Origin: Escherichia phage ev017
Length of the DNA: 50,126 nt
Strand: one strand, 5' to 3'
Sequence record: NC_049948.1
The notes beneath the pieces are model-generated. The model saw only the letters and a program-made list of their open reading frames with translations, ran no database searches and was not told where the DNA came from. Made by a program: the position numbers and the translations under genes. Shown in pieces: positions 1-10,402 of the stretch (the stretch's first letter is position 1; the number at the start of each line of letters is the position of its first letter).

Positions 1-90
1 TTTTTTTTTTTTTTTTTTTTTTTTCAAGCAGAAGACGGCATACGAGATTCGCCTTAGTCTCGTGGGCTCGGAGATGTGTATAAGAGACAG
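1..90. other. Non-biological Illumina Nextera/P7 adapter: poly-T, CAAGCAGAAGACGGCATACGAGAT, 8-nt index TCGCCTTA, GTCTCGTGGGCTCGG, mosaic end AGATGTGTATAAGAGACAG
   Basis: Adapter strings read directly in the sequence. Confidence 0.93.
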
Positions 91-269
91 CCTCGCGGTT
101 TTTCACTATTTATGAAAATTTTTCAGGGAAAATCGTGTCGGTACTTCTCGAATATAACTTTTTGTTTTTTTTAATATTGCATCCGTAAAGGTCCGACATG
201 AAAGTGTCCGAAAATGCCTTTTTCTGGCGTTTTCATGTCGGGCCTTGTATTTGATAATGGGTTGTTTTC
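91..269 (+). promoter_or_regulatory. cos: cos-proximal packaging region (cosB-like) upstream of terminase small subunit
   Basis: Insert begins CCTCGCGGTTTTTCACTATTTATGAAAATTT, resembling the lambda left end just inside the cohesive end; GTCCGACATGAAA-type direct and inverted repeats at about 191-245 resemble terminase R elements. Confidence 0.6.
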
Positions 270-818
270 ATGAAGGTTAATAAAAAGAGGCTTGCCGAAA
301 TTTTCAACGTGGACCCGCGGACGATTGAACGCTGGCAGTCTCAGGGACTCCCTTGCGCCTCCAAAGGTAGTAAGGGCATTGAATCTGTATTTGATACTGC
401 CATGGCAATTCAGTGGTATGCGCAGAGGGAAACTGATATCGAAAACGAAAAGCTCCGCAAAGAACTGGACGATTTGCGTGCGGCAGCGGAGTCAGATTTA
501 CAACCCGGCACCATTGACTATGAACGCTACCGGCTCACAAAAGCGCAGGCAGATGCGCAGGAACTGAAAAATGCCCGTGAAGACGGAGTAGTGCTGGAAA
601 CTGAACTGTTTACCTTCATTCTGCAACGTGTGGCACAGGAGATTTCGGGGATACTTGTGCGTGTGCCGTTGACATTACAGCGTAAATATCCGGACATTTC
701 ACCATCACACCTTGATGTGGTGAAAACTGAAATCGCGAAAGCCTCCAATGTTGCAGCTAAGGCCGGTGAAAACGTGGGCGGGTGGATCGATGATTTCAGA
801 CGCGCAGAAGGCAGCTAA
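270..818 (+). CDS. nu1: Terminase small subunit (Nu1-like)
   Basis: ORF of 182 aa; N-terminal MKVNKK...IFNV..RTI..WQ..G HTH and ...IENEKLR...[27 protein letters not shown] match lambda Nu1 pattern; first gene after cos. Confidence 0.9.
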
Positions 819-2718
819 TGCAGCCGGTGCGATAGCTACAGGGCTTTTATCTCTCATTATTCCTGTTCCACTGACGACAGTTCAGTGGGCCAATAAACAT
901 TATTACCTTCCTAAAGAGTCGTCTTATACCCCGGGGCGATGGGAAACACTGCCGTTTCAGGTTGGCATCATGAACTGTATGGGCAACGATCTGATTCGCA
1001 CGGTTAACCTGATTAAATCTGCCCGTGTTGGTTATACAAAGATGTTGCTGGGAGTGGAGGCTTATTTTATTGAGCATAAATCACGCAACAGCCTTCTTTT
1101 TCAGCCCACGGACTCAGCTGCTGAAGATTTTATGAAATCTCATGTTGAGCCAACGATAAGGGATGTTCCTGCATTGCTGGAGCTGGCTCCATGGTTCGGA
1201 AGAAAACACCGCGATAATACGCTCACCCTGAAGCGTTTTTCCTCCGGTGTGGGGTTCTGGTGTCTGGGTGGTGCGGCAGCAAAAAACTACCGTGAAAAAT
1301 CCGTGGATGTGGTCTGTTATGACGAGCTTTCCTCGTTCGAACCGGATGTTGAAAAAGAGGGTTCGCCAACCCTGCTGGGGGATAAACGTATTGAGGGCTC
1401 TGTATGGCCAAAATCCATTCGCGGCTCGACGCCTAAAATCAAAGGCTCCTGCCAGATCGAAAAAGCCGCTAACGAGTCGGCACACTTCATGCGTTTTTAT
1501 GTGCCCTGTCCGCACTGTGGGGAGGAGCAGTATCTGAAATTTGGCGATGATGCCTCGCCTTTCGGTCTTAAGTGGGAGAAGAATAAGCCAGAAAGTGTTT
1601 TCTACCTTTGTGAGCATCATGGCTGTGTGATCCATCAGTCTGAGCTTGACCAGAGTAACGGGCGGTGGATCTGTGAAAACACGGGCATGTGGACCCGTGA
1701 CGGCCTGATGTTTTTCAGCGCCCGGGGTGATGAAATTCCGCCGCCGCGCTCCATCACTTTCCATATCTGGACGGCGTACAGTCCGTTCACCACCTGGGTA
1801 CAGATTGTCTATGACTGGCTGGATGCACTGAAAGATCCCAACGGCCTGAAAACCTTTGTGAACACCACGCTGGGCGAGACCTGGGAAGAGGCTGTGGGCG
1901 AAAAACTCGATCACCAGGTGCTGATGGATAAGGTTGTGCGTTACACGGCGGCGGTGCCTGCCCGGGTGGTTTATCTGACGGCGGGCATTGACTCGCAGCG
2001 AAACCGTTTTGAGATGTATGTCTGGGGATGGGCTCCGGGAGAGGAAGCCTTTCTGGTGGATAAAATCATCATTATGGGGCGTCCCGATGAGGAAGAGACG
2101 CTGTTACGTGTGGATGCGGCGATCAACAAAAAATACCGCCATGCAGACGGAACCGAAATGACCATTTCCCGTGTCTGCTGGGACATCGGGGGGATCGATG
2201 GCGAAATCGTTTATCAGAGGTCAAAAAAACACGGTGTTTTCCGGGTGCTGCCGGTAAAAGGCGCGTCTGTCTATGGCAAGCCGGTGATCACCATGCCGAA
2301 AACCCGCAATCAGCGGGGCGTTTATCTGTGTGAAGTGGGGACGGACACCGCAAAAGAAATTCTCTATGCCCGTATGAAAGCCGAGCCCACGCCTGCGGAT
2401 GAAGCCACGTCGTATGCCATCCGTTTTCCTGATGATCCGGAGATTTTTTCGCAGACAGAGGCGCAGCAACTGGTCGCGGAAGAGCTTGTGGAGAAGTGGG
2501 AAAAAGGAAAGATGCGTCTGCTGTGGGATAACAAAAAGCGGCGTAACGAAGCGCTGGACTGCCTGGTGTATGCCTACGCGGCATTACGTGTGTCCGTGCA
2601 ACGCTGGCAGCTTGATCTGGCTGTACTGGCAAAATCCCGGGAAGAAGAGACGACCCGGCCAACCCTTAAAGAACTGGCAGCGAAGCTGTCCGGAGGAGTG
2701 AATGGTTACAGTCGCTGA
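790..2718 (+). CDS. A: Terminase large subunit (gpA-like)
   Basis: 656-aa ORF from 748; internal Met at 790 gives lambda-like length with [16 protein letters not shown] and long collinear similarity to lambda gpA; start overlaps Nu1 end as in lambda. Confidence 0.92.
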
Positions 2719-2908
2719 ACTGCAGGCGCTGCGTCAGGCGCGCCTTGATTTATTAACCGGTAAACGGGTGGTGTCTGTCCAGAAAGATGGTCGCAGAATT
2801 GAATATACGGCGGCTTCTCTGGATGAGCTTAACCGGGCGATCAATGATGCGGAGTCGGTACTGGGGACAACCCGGTGTCGCCGTCGTCCGCTGGGAGTGA
2901 GGTTATGA
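2702..2908 (+). CDS. W: Head-tail joining protein W
   Basis: 68-aa ORF; LTGKRVVSVQKDGRRIEYTAAS similar to lambda gpW; position between A and B. Confidence 0.85.
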   Translation: MVTVAELQALRQARLDLLTGKRVVSVQKDGRRIEYTAASLDELNRAINDAESVLGTTRCRRRPLGVRL

Positions 2909-4497
2909 AACGAACGCCTGTCCTGATTGATGTGAACGGCGTTCCGCTTCGTGAGAGTCTCAGCTACAACGGGGGCGGTGCAGGATTTGGCGGGCAAATG
3001 GCTGAGTGGTTGCCACCGGCGCAGAGTGCCGATGCGGCCCTGCTGCCCGCGTTGCGTCTGGGGAATGCCCGGGCAGATGATCTGGTGCGCAATAACGGAA
3101 TAGCGGCTAATGCGGTGGCTCTGCATAAGGATCACATTGTCGGGCATATGTTTCTGATCAGCTACCGTCCGAACTGGCGCTGGCTGGGGATGCGGGAGAC
3201 CGCAGCAAAAAGCTTTGTCGATGAGGTGGAGGCGGCCTGGTCGGAATACGCCGAAGGGATGTTTGGCGAGATCGACGTGGAAGGAAAACGCACGTTCACG
3301 GAATTTATCCGTGAAGGTGTGGGCGTTCATGCGTTTAACGGCGAAATCTTTGTGCAGCCGGTCTGGGATACGGAAACCACGCAGTTATTCCGTACGCGTT
3401 TTAAAGCCGTGAGTCCGAAACGGGTGGACACGCCTGGACACGGTATGGGGAACCGTTTTCTGCGGGCCGGTGTGGAGGTCGATCGATATGGCCGTGCCGT
3501 CGCGTACCATATCTGTGAGGATGATTTTCCGTTCTCTGGTAGTGGACGATGGGAACGGATCCCGCGTGAACTTCCCACCGGGCGTCCGGCCATGCTGCAT
3601 ATTTTCGAGCCGGTGGAGGACGGGCAGACCCGTGGGGCTAATCAGTTTTACAGCGTCATGGAACGGCTGAAGATGCTCGATTCCCTGCAGGCAACACAGC
3701 TTCAGTCGGCCATAGTGAAGGCGATGTATGCAGCGACGATTGAAAGTGAACTTGATACCGAAAAGGCCTTTGAATATATCGCCGGCGCGCCACAGGAGCA
3801 GAAGGATAATCCGCTTATTAATATTCTGGAGAAGTTTTCCAGCTGGTATGACACGAATAACGTGACACTGGGCGGTGTCAAAATTCCGCACCTTTTCCCT
3901 GGTGATGATCTGAAACTACAGACTGCGCAGGATTCAGACAATGGATTTTCTGCGCTTGAACAGGCGCTGCTGCGGTATATCGCCGCCGGTCTTGGCGTTT
4001 CCTACGAACAGTTGTCCCGTGATTACTCGAAGGTCAGTTACTCAAGTGCCCGCGCCTCCGCCAATGAGTCGTGGCGCTATTTTATGGGGCGGCGAAAATT
4101 TATTGCGGCCCGGCTGGCCACGCAGATGTTTTCCTGCTGGCTGGAAGAGGCACTTCTTCGGGGGATTATTCGTCCGCCACGGGCACGTTTTGATTTTTAT
4201 CAGGCGCGATCAGCCTGGTCACGGGCAGAGTGGATTGGTGCCGGAAGAATGGCCATTGACGGGCTCAAGGAAGTCCAGGAATCAGTGATGCGCATTGAGG
4301 CCGGACTGAGCACGTATGAGAAAGAGCTGGCGCTGATGGGCGAGGATTATCAGGACATTTTCCGCCAGCAGGTCAGGGAATCTGCTGAGCGGCAAAAAGC
4401 CGGACTCTCACGTCCGGTGTGGATAGAGCAGGCGTATCAGCAGCAGATAGCGGAGAGTCGCAGGCCGGAAGAGGAGACAACACCACGTGAGACGTAA
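2905..4497 (+). CDS. B: Portal protein (gpB-like)
   Basis: ORF 2875-4497; Met at 2905 (MKRTPVLIDVNG); strong collinear similarity to lambda gpB (e.g. HIFEPVEDGQTRGAN, LLRYIAAGLGVSYEQLSR). Confidence 0.92.
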   Translation: MKRTPVLIDVNGVPLRESLSYNGGGAGFGGQMAEWLPPAQSADAALLPALRLGNARADDLVRNNGIAANAVALHKDHIVGHMFLISYRPNWRWLGMRETAAKSFVDEVEAAWSEYAEGMFGEIDVEGKRTFTEFIREGVGVHAFNGEIFVQPVWDTETTQLFRTRFKAVSPKRVDTPGHGMGNRFLRAGVEVDRYGRAVAYHICEDDFPFSGSGRWERIPRELPTGRPAMLHIFEPVEDGQTRGANQFYSVMERLKMLDSLQATQLQSAIVKAMYAATIESELDTEKAFEYIAGAPQEQKDNPLINILEKFSSWYDTNNVTLGGVKIPHLFPGDDLKLQTAQDSDNGFSALEQALLRYIAAGLGVSYEQLSRDYSKVSYSSARASANESWRYFMGRRKFIAARLATQMFSCWLEEALLRGIIRPPRARFDFYQARSAWSRAEWIGAGRMAIDGLKEVQESVMRIEAGLSTYEKELALMGEDYQDIFRQQVRESAERQKAGLSRPVWIEQAYQQQIAESRRPEEETTPRET

Positions 4498-5992
4498 TCT
4501 TTCACACATTATTGCCGCAGCATTCAATGAACCGCTGCTTCTGGAGCCCGCCTATGCGCGGGTTTTCTTTTGCGCGCTCGGGCGCGAGATGGGGGCAGCA
4601 AGTCTTTCGGTACCACAACAGCAGGTACAGTTTGATGCTCCCGGAATGCTGGCTGAAACGGACGAGTACATGGCCGGAGGTAAACGACCGGCCCGTGTTT
4701 ACCGGGTGGTGAACGGTATTGCTGTACTGCCGGTGACCGGCACGCTGGTGCACCGGCTGGGTGGTATGCGGCCATTTTCCGGAATGACAGGCTATGACGG
4801 CATTGTCGCCTGTCTTCAGCAGGCAATGGCGGATAGCCAGGTGCGGGGCGTACTGCTGGACATTGACAGTCCGGGCGGGCAGGCCGCCGGCGCGTTTGAC
4901 TGCGCTGACATGATTTACCGCCTCCGTCAGCAGAAGCCGGTCTGGGCACTGTGCAATGACACGGCCTGTTCTGCAGCCATGCTGCTGGCGTCGGCCTGCT
5001 CCCGACGGCTGGTTACCCAGACATCCCGTATCGGCTCCATTGGCGTGATGATGAGCCATGTCAGCTATGCCGGTCATCTGGCGCAGGCCGGTGTGGATAT
5101 CACGCTGATTTACTCAGGGGCGCACAAGGTGGATGGCAATCAGTTTGAAGCGTTGCCGGCAGAGGTTCGCCAGGACATGCAGCAGCGGATTGATGCGGCG
5201 CGCCGGATGTTTGCCGAAAAAGTGGCGATGTATACCGGTCTGTCTGTTGATGCCGTCACGGGAACAGAGGCTGCCGTTTTTGAAGGTCAGTCCGGCATTG
5301 AGGCCGGGCTGGCGGATGAATTAATCAATGCGTCGGATGCCATCAGTGTGATGGCCACGGCGCTGAACAGTAATGTCAGAGGAGGCACTATGCCGCAATT
5401 AACTGCAACGGAAGCCGCCGCGCAGGAGAACCAGCGAGTGATGGGGATCCTGACATGCCAGGAAGCGAAAGGACGTGAACAGCTTGCCACGATGCTGGCA
5501 GGACAACAGGGCATGAGCGTTGAACAGGCCCGGGCGATTCTGGCCGCGGCGGCACCGCAGCAGCCGGTGGCATCCACGCAGAGTGAAGCCGATCGCATTA
5601 TGGCGTGTGAAGAAGCGAACGGTCGTGAACAACTGGCGGCAACGCTGGCGGCGATGCCGGAGATGACGGTGGAAAAAGCCCGCCCGATCCTGGCTGCTTC
5701 ACCGCAGGCGGATGCCGGACCATCACTCCGTGATCAGATCATGGCACTGGATGAGGCAAAAGGGGCTGAGGCGCAGGCTGAACAGCTGGCTGCCTGCCCG
5801 GGAATGACAGTGGAGAGCGCCCGGGCTGTGCTGGCTGCGGGATCAGGTAAGGCAGAACCGGTCTCTGCATCCACAACCGCCATGTTTGAACATTTCATGG
5901 CGAACCATTCACCGGCAGCGGTACAGGGTGGCGTGGCACAGACGTCAGCAGACGGTGATGCGGACGTGAAAATGCTCATGGCCATGCCATGA
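4487..5992 (+). CDS. C: Head maturation protease/scaffold (gpC-like, includes Nu3-like C-terminal region with tandem repeats)
   Basis: 501-aa ORF; AFNEPLLLEPAYARVFF and SGMTGYDGIVACLQQA match lambda gpC ClpP-like protease; C-terminal part carries three ~40-aa repeats. Confidence 0.9.
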   Translation: MRRNLSHIIAAAFNEPLLLEPAYARVFFCALGREMGAASLSVPQQQVQFDAPGMLAETDEYMAGGKRPARVYRVVNGIAVLPVTGTLVHRLGGMRPFSGMTGYDGIVACLQQAMADSQVRGVLLDIDSPGGQAAGAFDCADMIYRLRQQKPVWALCNDTACSAAMLLASACSRRLVTQTSRIGSIGVMMSHVSYAGHLAQAGVDITLIYSGAHKVDGNQFEALPAEVRQDMQQRIDAARRMFAEKVAMYTGLSVDAVTGTEAAVFEGQSGIEAGLADELINASDAISVMATALNSNVRGGTMPQLTATEAAAQENQRVMGILTCQEAKGREQLATMLAGQQGMSVEQARAILAAAAPQQPVASTQSEADRIMACEEANGREQLAATLAAMPEMTVEKARPILAASPQADAGPSLRDQIMALDEAKGAEAQAEQLAACPGMTVESARAVLAAGSGKAEPVSASTTAMFEHFMANHSPAAVQGGVAQTSADGDADVKMLMAMP

Positions 5993-6028
5993 AGTCAGTG
6001 CTGACCATCAATAGGAGGTTTTTACAAT

Positions 6029-6376
6029 ATGGTGACGAAAACCATCACTGAACAGCGTGCGGAAGTACGTATTTTTGCCGGTAATGATCCGGCTCATACC
6101 GCCACAGGCAGCAGCGGGATTTCCTCGCCAACACCGGCACTGACGCCCCTGATGCTGGATGAAGCCACCGGGAAACTGGTGGTCTGGGACGGACAGAAAG
6201 CCGGTAGTGCGGTTGGCATACTGGTACTGCCGCTTGAAGGCACAGAGACGGCGCTGACGTATTACAAGTCGGGAACCTTTGCGACGGAGGCAATCCACTG
6301 GCCTGAAAGTGTGGATGAACACAAAAAGGCCAACGCCTTTGCTGGCAGTGCCCTGAGTCACGCGGCGCTGCCGTAA
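6029..6376 (+). CDS. D: Head decoration protein (gpD-like)
   Basis: 115-aa ORF; DPAHTAT...PLMLD...KLVVWDG...YKSGTF matches lambda gpD. Confidence 0.88.
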   Translation: MVTKTITEQRAEVRIFAGNDPAHTATGSSGISSPTPALTPLMLDEATGKLVVWDGQKAGSAVGILVLPLEGTETALTYYKSGTFATEAIHWPESVDEHKKANAFAGSALSHAALP

Positions 6377-6433
6377 CACGTTATCAGGCCACCGCGGTGG
6401 CCTGACTGATTTCTGAATGAAAGGAACTGATTT

Positions 6434-7462
6434 ATGGGATTGTTTACGACCCGCCAGTTACTCGGTTATACCGAACAAAAAGTTAAATTTCGTGCGCTGT
6501 TTCTGGAGCTGTTTTTCCGCCGTACGGTGAATTTCCATACCGAAGAGGTGATGCTGGACAAAATTACCGGAAAAACGCCGGTGGCGGCCTATGTCTCCCC
6601 GGTTGTTGAAGGAAAAGTGCTGCGTCATCGTGGTGGTGAAACCCGCGTGTTGCGTCCGGGCTACGTCAAGCCGAAACACGAATTTAATTACCAGCAGGCG
6701 GTTGAGCGCCTTCCTGGTGAAGATCCATCTCAACTGAATGATCCGGCTTACCGCCGTCTGCGTATCATTACCGATAACCTCAAACAGGAAGAGCACGCGA
6801 TTGTCCAGGTGGAAGAAATGCAGGCGGTAAATGCTGTGTTGTATGGCAAATACACCATGGAAGGAGACCAGTTCGAGAAAATTGAGGTCGATTTTGGCAG
6901 GTCGACGAAGAATAACATCACTCAGGGTAGTGGTAAGGAGTGGTCAAAACAGGATCGTGACACGTTCGATCCTACACATGATATTGACCTCTACTGCGAC
7001 CTGGCCAGCGGTCTTGTGAATATTGCCATTATGGACGGTACCGTCTGGCGTCTTCTGAATGGTTTTAAGCTGTTCCGCGAAAAACTGGATACCCGTCGCG
7101 GTTCAAATTCTCAACTCGAAACGGCAGTGAAAGATCTGGGCGCAGTGGTGTCCTTCAAGGGGTATTACGGCGATCTGGCCATTGTGGTGGCGAAAACGTC
7201 TTATATAGCAGAAGACGGTATCGAAAAACGTTATCTTCCAGATGGCATGCTGGTTCTGGGGAATACTGCTGCAGATGGGATCCGTTGTTACGGTGCCATT
7301 CAGGATGCTCAGGCGTTGTCCGAAGGTGTGGTGGCCTCTTCCCGTTATCCGAAACACTGGCTGACGGTAGGGGATCCCGCCCGTGAATTTACCATGACGC
7401 AGTCCGCGCCGCTGATGGTGTTGCCGGACCCGGATGAGTTTGTGGTGGTACAGGTGAAATAA
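6434..7462 (+). CDS. E: Major capsid protein (gpE-like)
   Basis: 342-aa ORF collinear with lambda gpE (LDTRRGSNS.LETAVKDLG, GDPAREFTM.QSAPLM). Confidence 0.93.
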   Translation: MGLFTTRQLLGYTEQKVKFRALFLELFFRRTVNFHTEEVMLDKITGKTPVAAYVSPVVEGKVLRHRGGETRVLRPGYVKPKHEFNYQQAVERLPGEDPSQLNDPAYRRLRIITDNLKQEEHAIVQVEEMQAVNAVLYGKYTMEGDQFEKIEVDFGRSTKNNITQGSGKEWSKQDRDTFDPTHDIDLYCDLASGLVNIAIMDGTVWRLLNGFKLFREKLDTRRGSNSQLETAVKDLGAVVSFKGYYGDLAIVVAKTSYIAEDGIEKRYLPDGMLVLGNTAADGIRCYGAIQDAQALSEGVVASSRYPKHWLTVGDPAREFTMTQSAPLMVLPDPDEFVVVQVK

Positions 7463-7513
7463 TCCGTGAGCGGGGGCGAAATGCCCCCGTGTCTTTTTTC
7501 ACAGGGGGCTGAT

Positions 7514-7888
7514 ATGGCAACGAAAGAGCAAAATCTGAAACGGCTTGATGAACTGGCCCTGATTCTGGGGCGTGAGCCGGATATATCCGGGAGTGCCGCA
7601 GAGATAGCGCAGCGGGTGGCAGAATGGGAAGAGGAAATGCAGTCATCCGGCGATGATGTACAGGTTATGAATATGGATATCCGGGAGCGGGAAACCGCGG
7701 CTCATGATGTTCGTGAGGAAACATCCGGCGCGTTAACGCGCATCAGAGTTCTGACCTGCCTCCATCTCTGTGGCGTTGATGGTGAAACGGGGGAATCCGT
7801 TGAGCTTGCGGATGTTGGTCGGGTGATTCTGATTATGTCCTCAGATGCAAAAACACACGTTGATGGTGGAATGGCTGTTTATGCGTGA
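7514..7888 (+). CDS. FI: DNA packaging protein FI-like
   Basis: ORF 7466-7888; likely start MATKEQ at 7514 preceded by G-rich RBS; acidic small protein in the FI position between E and FII. Confidence 0.7.
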   Translation: MATKEQNLKRLDELALILGREPDISGSAAEIAQRVAEWEEEMQSSGDDVQVMNMDIRERETAAHDVREETSGALTRIRVLTCLHLCGVDGETGESVELADVGRVILIMSSDAKTHVDGGMAVYA

Positions 7889-8234
7889 TTTTCAGAATGC
7901 CTTTGATGCCGCCCTTGCCGGGGTGGACAGTACGATTGTTGAAGTGATGGGCATCAGTGCGCAGTTCACCTCCGGTGCACAGCGTGGCGGCGAGGTTCAT
8001 GGCGTTTTTGACGATCCGGAGTCGCTGGGTTTTGCCAGTAGTGGGATCCGTATTGAAGGAAGTAACCCGTCATTATTTGTGCTTACGGATACGGTTTGTG
8101 CTGTACGGCGTGGTGACACGCTGACCATTAACGGCGAGATGTTCTGGGTGGACCGTGTTTCTCCGGATGACGGAGGGAGTTGTTATCTCTGGCTCAACCG
8201 GGGGCAACCACCTGCCGCCAGCCGTCGCCGCTGA
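7881..8234 (+). CDS. FII: Head completion protein FII
   Basis: ORF 7845-8234; from Met at 7881 similar to lambda FII (GVFDDPE...FWVDRVSPDDGGSC.LWL.RG.PPA). Confidence 0.88.
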   Translation: MRDFQNAFDAALAGVDSTIVEVMGISAQFTSGAQRGGEVHGVFDDPESLGFASSGIRIEGSNPSLFVLTDTVCAVRRGDTLTINGEMFWVDRVSPDDGGSCYLWLNRGQPPAASRRR

Positions 8235-8245
8235 AAGGGGGATGT

Positions 8246-8824
8246 ATGGCCATAAAAGGTCTTGAGCAGGCCGTTGAAAACCTCAGCCGTATCAGCAAAA
8301 CGGCAGTGCCTGGTGCCGCCGCAATGGCCATTAACCGCGTTGCTTCATCCGCGATATCGCAGTCGGCGTCACTGGTTGCCCGTGAGACAAAGGTACGCCG
8401 GAAACTGGTAAAGGAAAGGGCCAGGCTGAAAAGGGCCACGGTCAAAAATCCGCAGGCCAGAATCAAAGTTAACCGGGGGGATTTGCCCGTAATCAGGCTG
8501 GGTAATGCGCGGGTTGTCCTTTCGCGCCGCAGGCGTCGTAAAAAGGGGCAGCGTTCATCCCTGAAAGGTGGCGGCAGCGTGCTTGTGGTGGGTAACCGTC
8601 GTATTCCCGGCGCGTTTATTCAGCAACTGAAAAATGGCCGCTGGCATGTCATGCAGCGTGTGGCCGGGAAAAACCGTTACCCCATTGATGTGGTGAAAAT
8701 TCCGATGGCGGTGCCGCTGACCACGGCGTTTAAACAGAATATTGAGCGGATACGGCGTGAGCGTCTTCCGAAAGAGCTGGGCTATGCGCTGCAGCATCAA
8801 CTGAGGATGGTAATAAAGCGATGA
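8246..8824 (+). CDS. Z: Tail completion protein Z
   Basis: From MAIKGLEQAVENLSRISKTAVPGAAAMAINRVAS; essentially lambda gpZ as recalled. Confidence 0.92.
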   Translation: MAIKGLEQAVENLSRISKTAVPGAAAMAINRVASSAISQSASLVARETKVRRKLVKERARLKRATVKNPQARIKVNRGDLPVIRLGNARVVLSRRRRRKKGQRSSLKGGGSVLVVGNRRIPGAFIQQLKNGRWHVMQRVAGKNRYPIDVVKIPMAVPLTTAFKQNIERIRRERLPKELGYALQHQLRMVIKR

Positions 8825-9216
8825 AACATACTGAATTCCGTGCAGCCGTACTGGATGCACTGGAAAAACATGACACCGGGGCGACGCTTTTTGATGGTCG
8901 CCCCGCTGTTTTTGATGAGGCGGATTTTCCGGCAATTGCCGTTTATCTCACCGGCGCTGAATACACGGGCGAAGAGCTGGACAGCGATACCTGGCAGGCG
9001 GAGCTGCATATTGAAGTTTTCCTGCCTGCTCAGGTGCCGGATTCAGAGCTGGATTCGTGGATGGAAAGCCGGATTTATCCGGCGATGAGCGATATCCCGG
9101 CACTGTCAGATTTGATCACCAGTATGGTGGCCAGTGGCTATGACTACCGGCGCGACGATGATGCGGGCCTGTGGAGTTCAGCCGATCTGACTTATGTCAT
9201 TACCTATGAAATGTGA
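8821..9216 (+). CDS. U: Tail terminator protein U
   Basis: 131-aa ORF near-identical to lambda gpU as recalled. Confidence 0.93.
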   Translation: MKHTEFRAAVLDALEKHDTGATLFDGRPAVFDEADFPAIAVYLTGAEYTGEELDSDTWQAELHIEVFLPAQVPDSELDSWMESRIYPAMSDIPALSDLITSMVASGYDYRRDDDAGLWSSADLTYVITYEM

Positions 9217-9223
9217 GGACGAT

Positions 9224-9964
9224 ATGCCAACACCAAATCCTCTGGCACCGGTGAAAGGGGCCGGAACCACACTGTGGGTTTATAACGGGAGCGGCGACCC
9301 TTATGCAAACCCGCTTTCAGACAATGACTGGTCGCGTCTGGCAAAAATTAAAGACCTGACGCCCGGCGAACTGACCGCTGAGTCCTATGACGACAGTTAT
9401 CTCGATGATGAAGATGCGGACTGGACCGCGACCGGGCAGGGGCAGAAATCCGCCGGAGATACCAGCTTCACGCTGGCGTGGATGCCCGGAGAGCAGGGGC
9501 AGCAGGCGCTGCTGGCGTGGTTTAATGAAGGTGATACCCGTGCCTATAAAATCCGCTTCCCGAACGGCACGGTCGATGTGTTCCGTGGCTGGGTCAGCAG
9601 TATCGGTAAGGCGGTGACGGCGAAGGAAGTGATCACCCGTACGGTGAAGGTCACCAATGTGGGCCGTCCGTCAATGGCAGAAGATCGCAGTACGGTGACG
9701 GCGGCAACCGGTATGACCGTGACGCCTGCCAGCTCCTCGGTGGTGAAAGGGCAGAGCACCACGCTGACCGTGGCCTTCCAGCCGGAGGGCGCAACTGACA
9801 AGAGCTTCCGTGCGGTGTCAGCGGATAAAACAAAAGCCACCGTGTCGGTCAGTGGTATGACCATCACCGTGAACGGCGTTGCTGCAGGCAAGGTCAACAT
9901 TCCGGTTGTATCCGGTAATGGTGAACTTGCTGCGGTTGCAGAAATCACTGTCACCGACAGTTAA
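9224..9964 (+). CDS. V: Major tail tube protein V
   Basis: ORF 9194-9964; from [20 protein letters not shown] near-identical to lambda gpV including C-terminal Ig-like domain. Confidence 0.93.
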   Translation: MPTPNPLAPVKGAGTTLWVYNGSGDPYANPLSDNDWSRLAKIKDLTPGELTAESYDDSYLDDEDADWTATGQGQKSAGDTSFTLAWMPGEQGQQALLAWFNEGDTRAYKIRFPNGTVDVFRGWVSSIGKAVTAKEVITRTVKVTNVGRPSMAEDRSTVTAATGMTVTPASSSVVKGQSTTLTVAFQPEGATDKSFRAVSADKTKATVSVSGMTITVNGVAAGKVNIPVVSGNGELAAVAEITVTDS

Positions 9965-9979
9965 TCCGGAGAGTCAGCG

Positions 9980-10402
9980 ATGTTCCTGAAAACCGAATCA
10001 TTTGAACATAACGGCGTGACCGTCACGCTTTCTGAACTGTCAGCCCTGCAGCGTATTGAGCATCTCGCCCTGATGAAACAGCAGGCAGAACAGGCGGAGT
10101 CAGACAGCAACCGGCAGGTTACTGTGGAAGACGCCATCAGAACCGGTGCTTTTGTGGTGGCGATGTCCCTGTGGCATAACCATCCGCAGAAGACAAAGCA
10201 GCCTTCCATGAATGAAGCCGTTAAACAGATTGAGCAGGAAGTGCTTACCACCTGGCCCGCGGAGGCAATTTCTCATGCTGAAAACGTGGTGTACCGGCTG
10301 TCCGGTATGTATGGGTTTGTGGTGAATGATGCCCCTGACCAGGCAGAGGACTCCGGGCCTGCAGAGCCTGTTTCTGCGGGAAAGTGTTCGACGGTGAGCT
10401 GA
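9980..10402 (+). CDS. G: Tail assembly chaperone G
   Basis: 140-aa ORF near-identical to lambda gpG as recalled. Confidence 0.92.
   Translation: MFLKTESFEHNGVTVTLSELSALQRIEHLALMKQQAEQAESDSNRQVTVEDAIRTGAFVVAMSLWHNHPQKTKQPSMNEAVKQIEQEVLTTWPAEAISHAENVVYRLSGMYGFVVNDAPDQAEDSGPAEPVSAGKCSTVS

Noticed and set aside
1-24. Poly-T at the start and poly-A near the end as genomic homopolymer tracts
   Set aside because: They flank recognisable Illumina adapter sequences and are library or read artefacts.
292-748. Alternative-frame and antisense ORFs overlapping Nu1
   Set aside because: Nu1 frame has clear similarity to the terminase small subunit; the others are frame artefacts.
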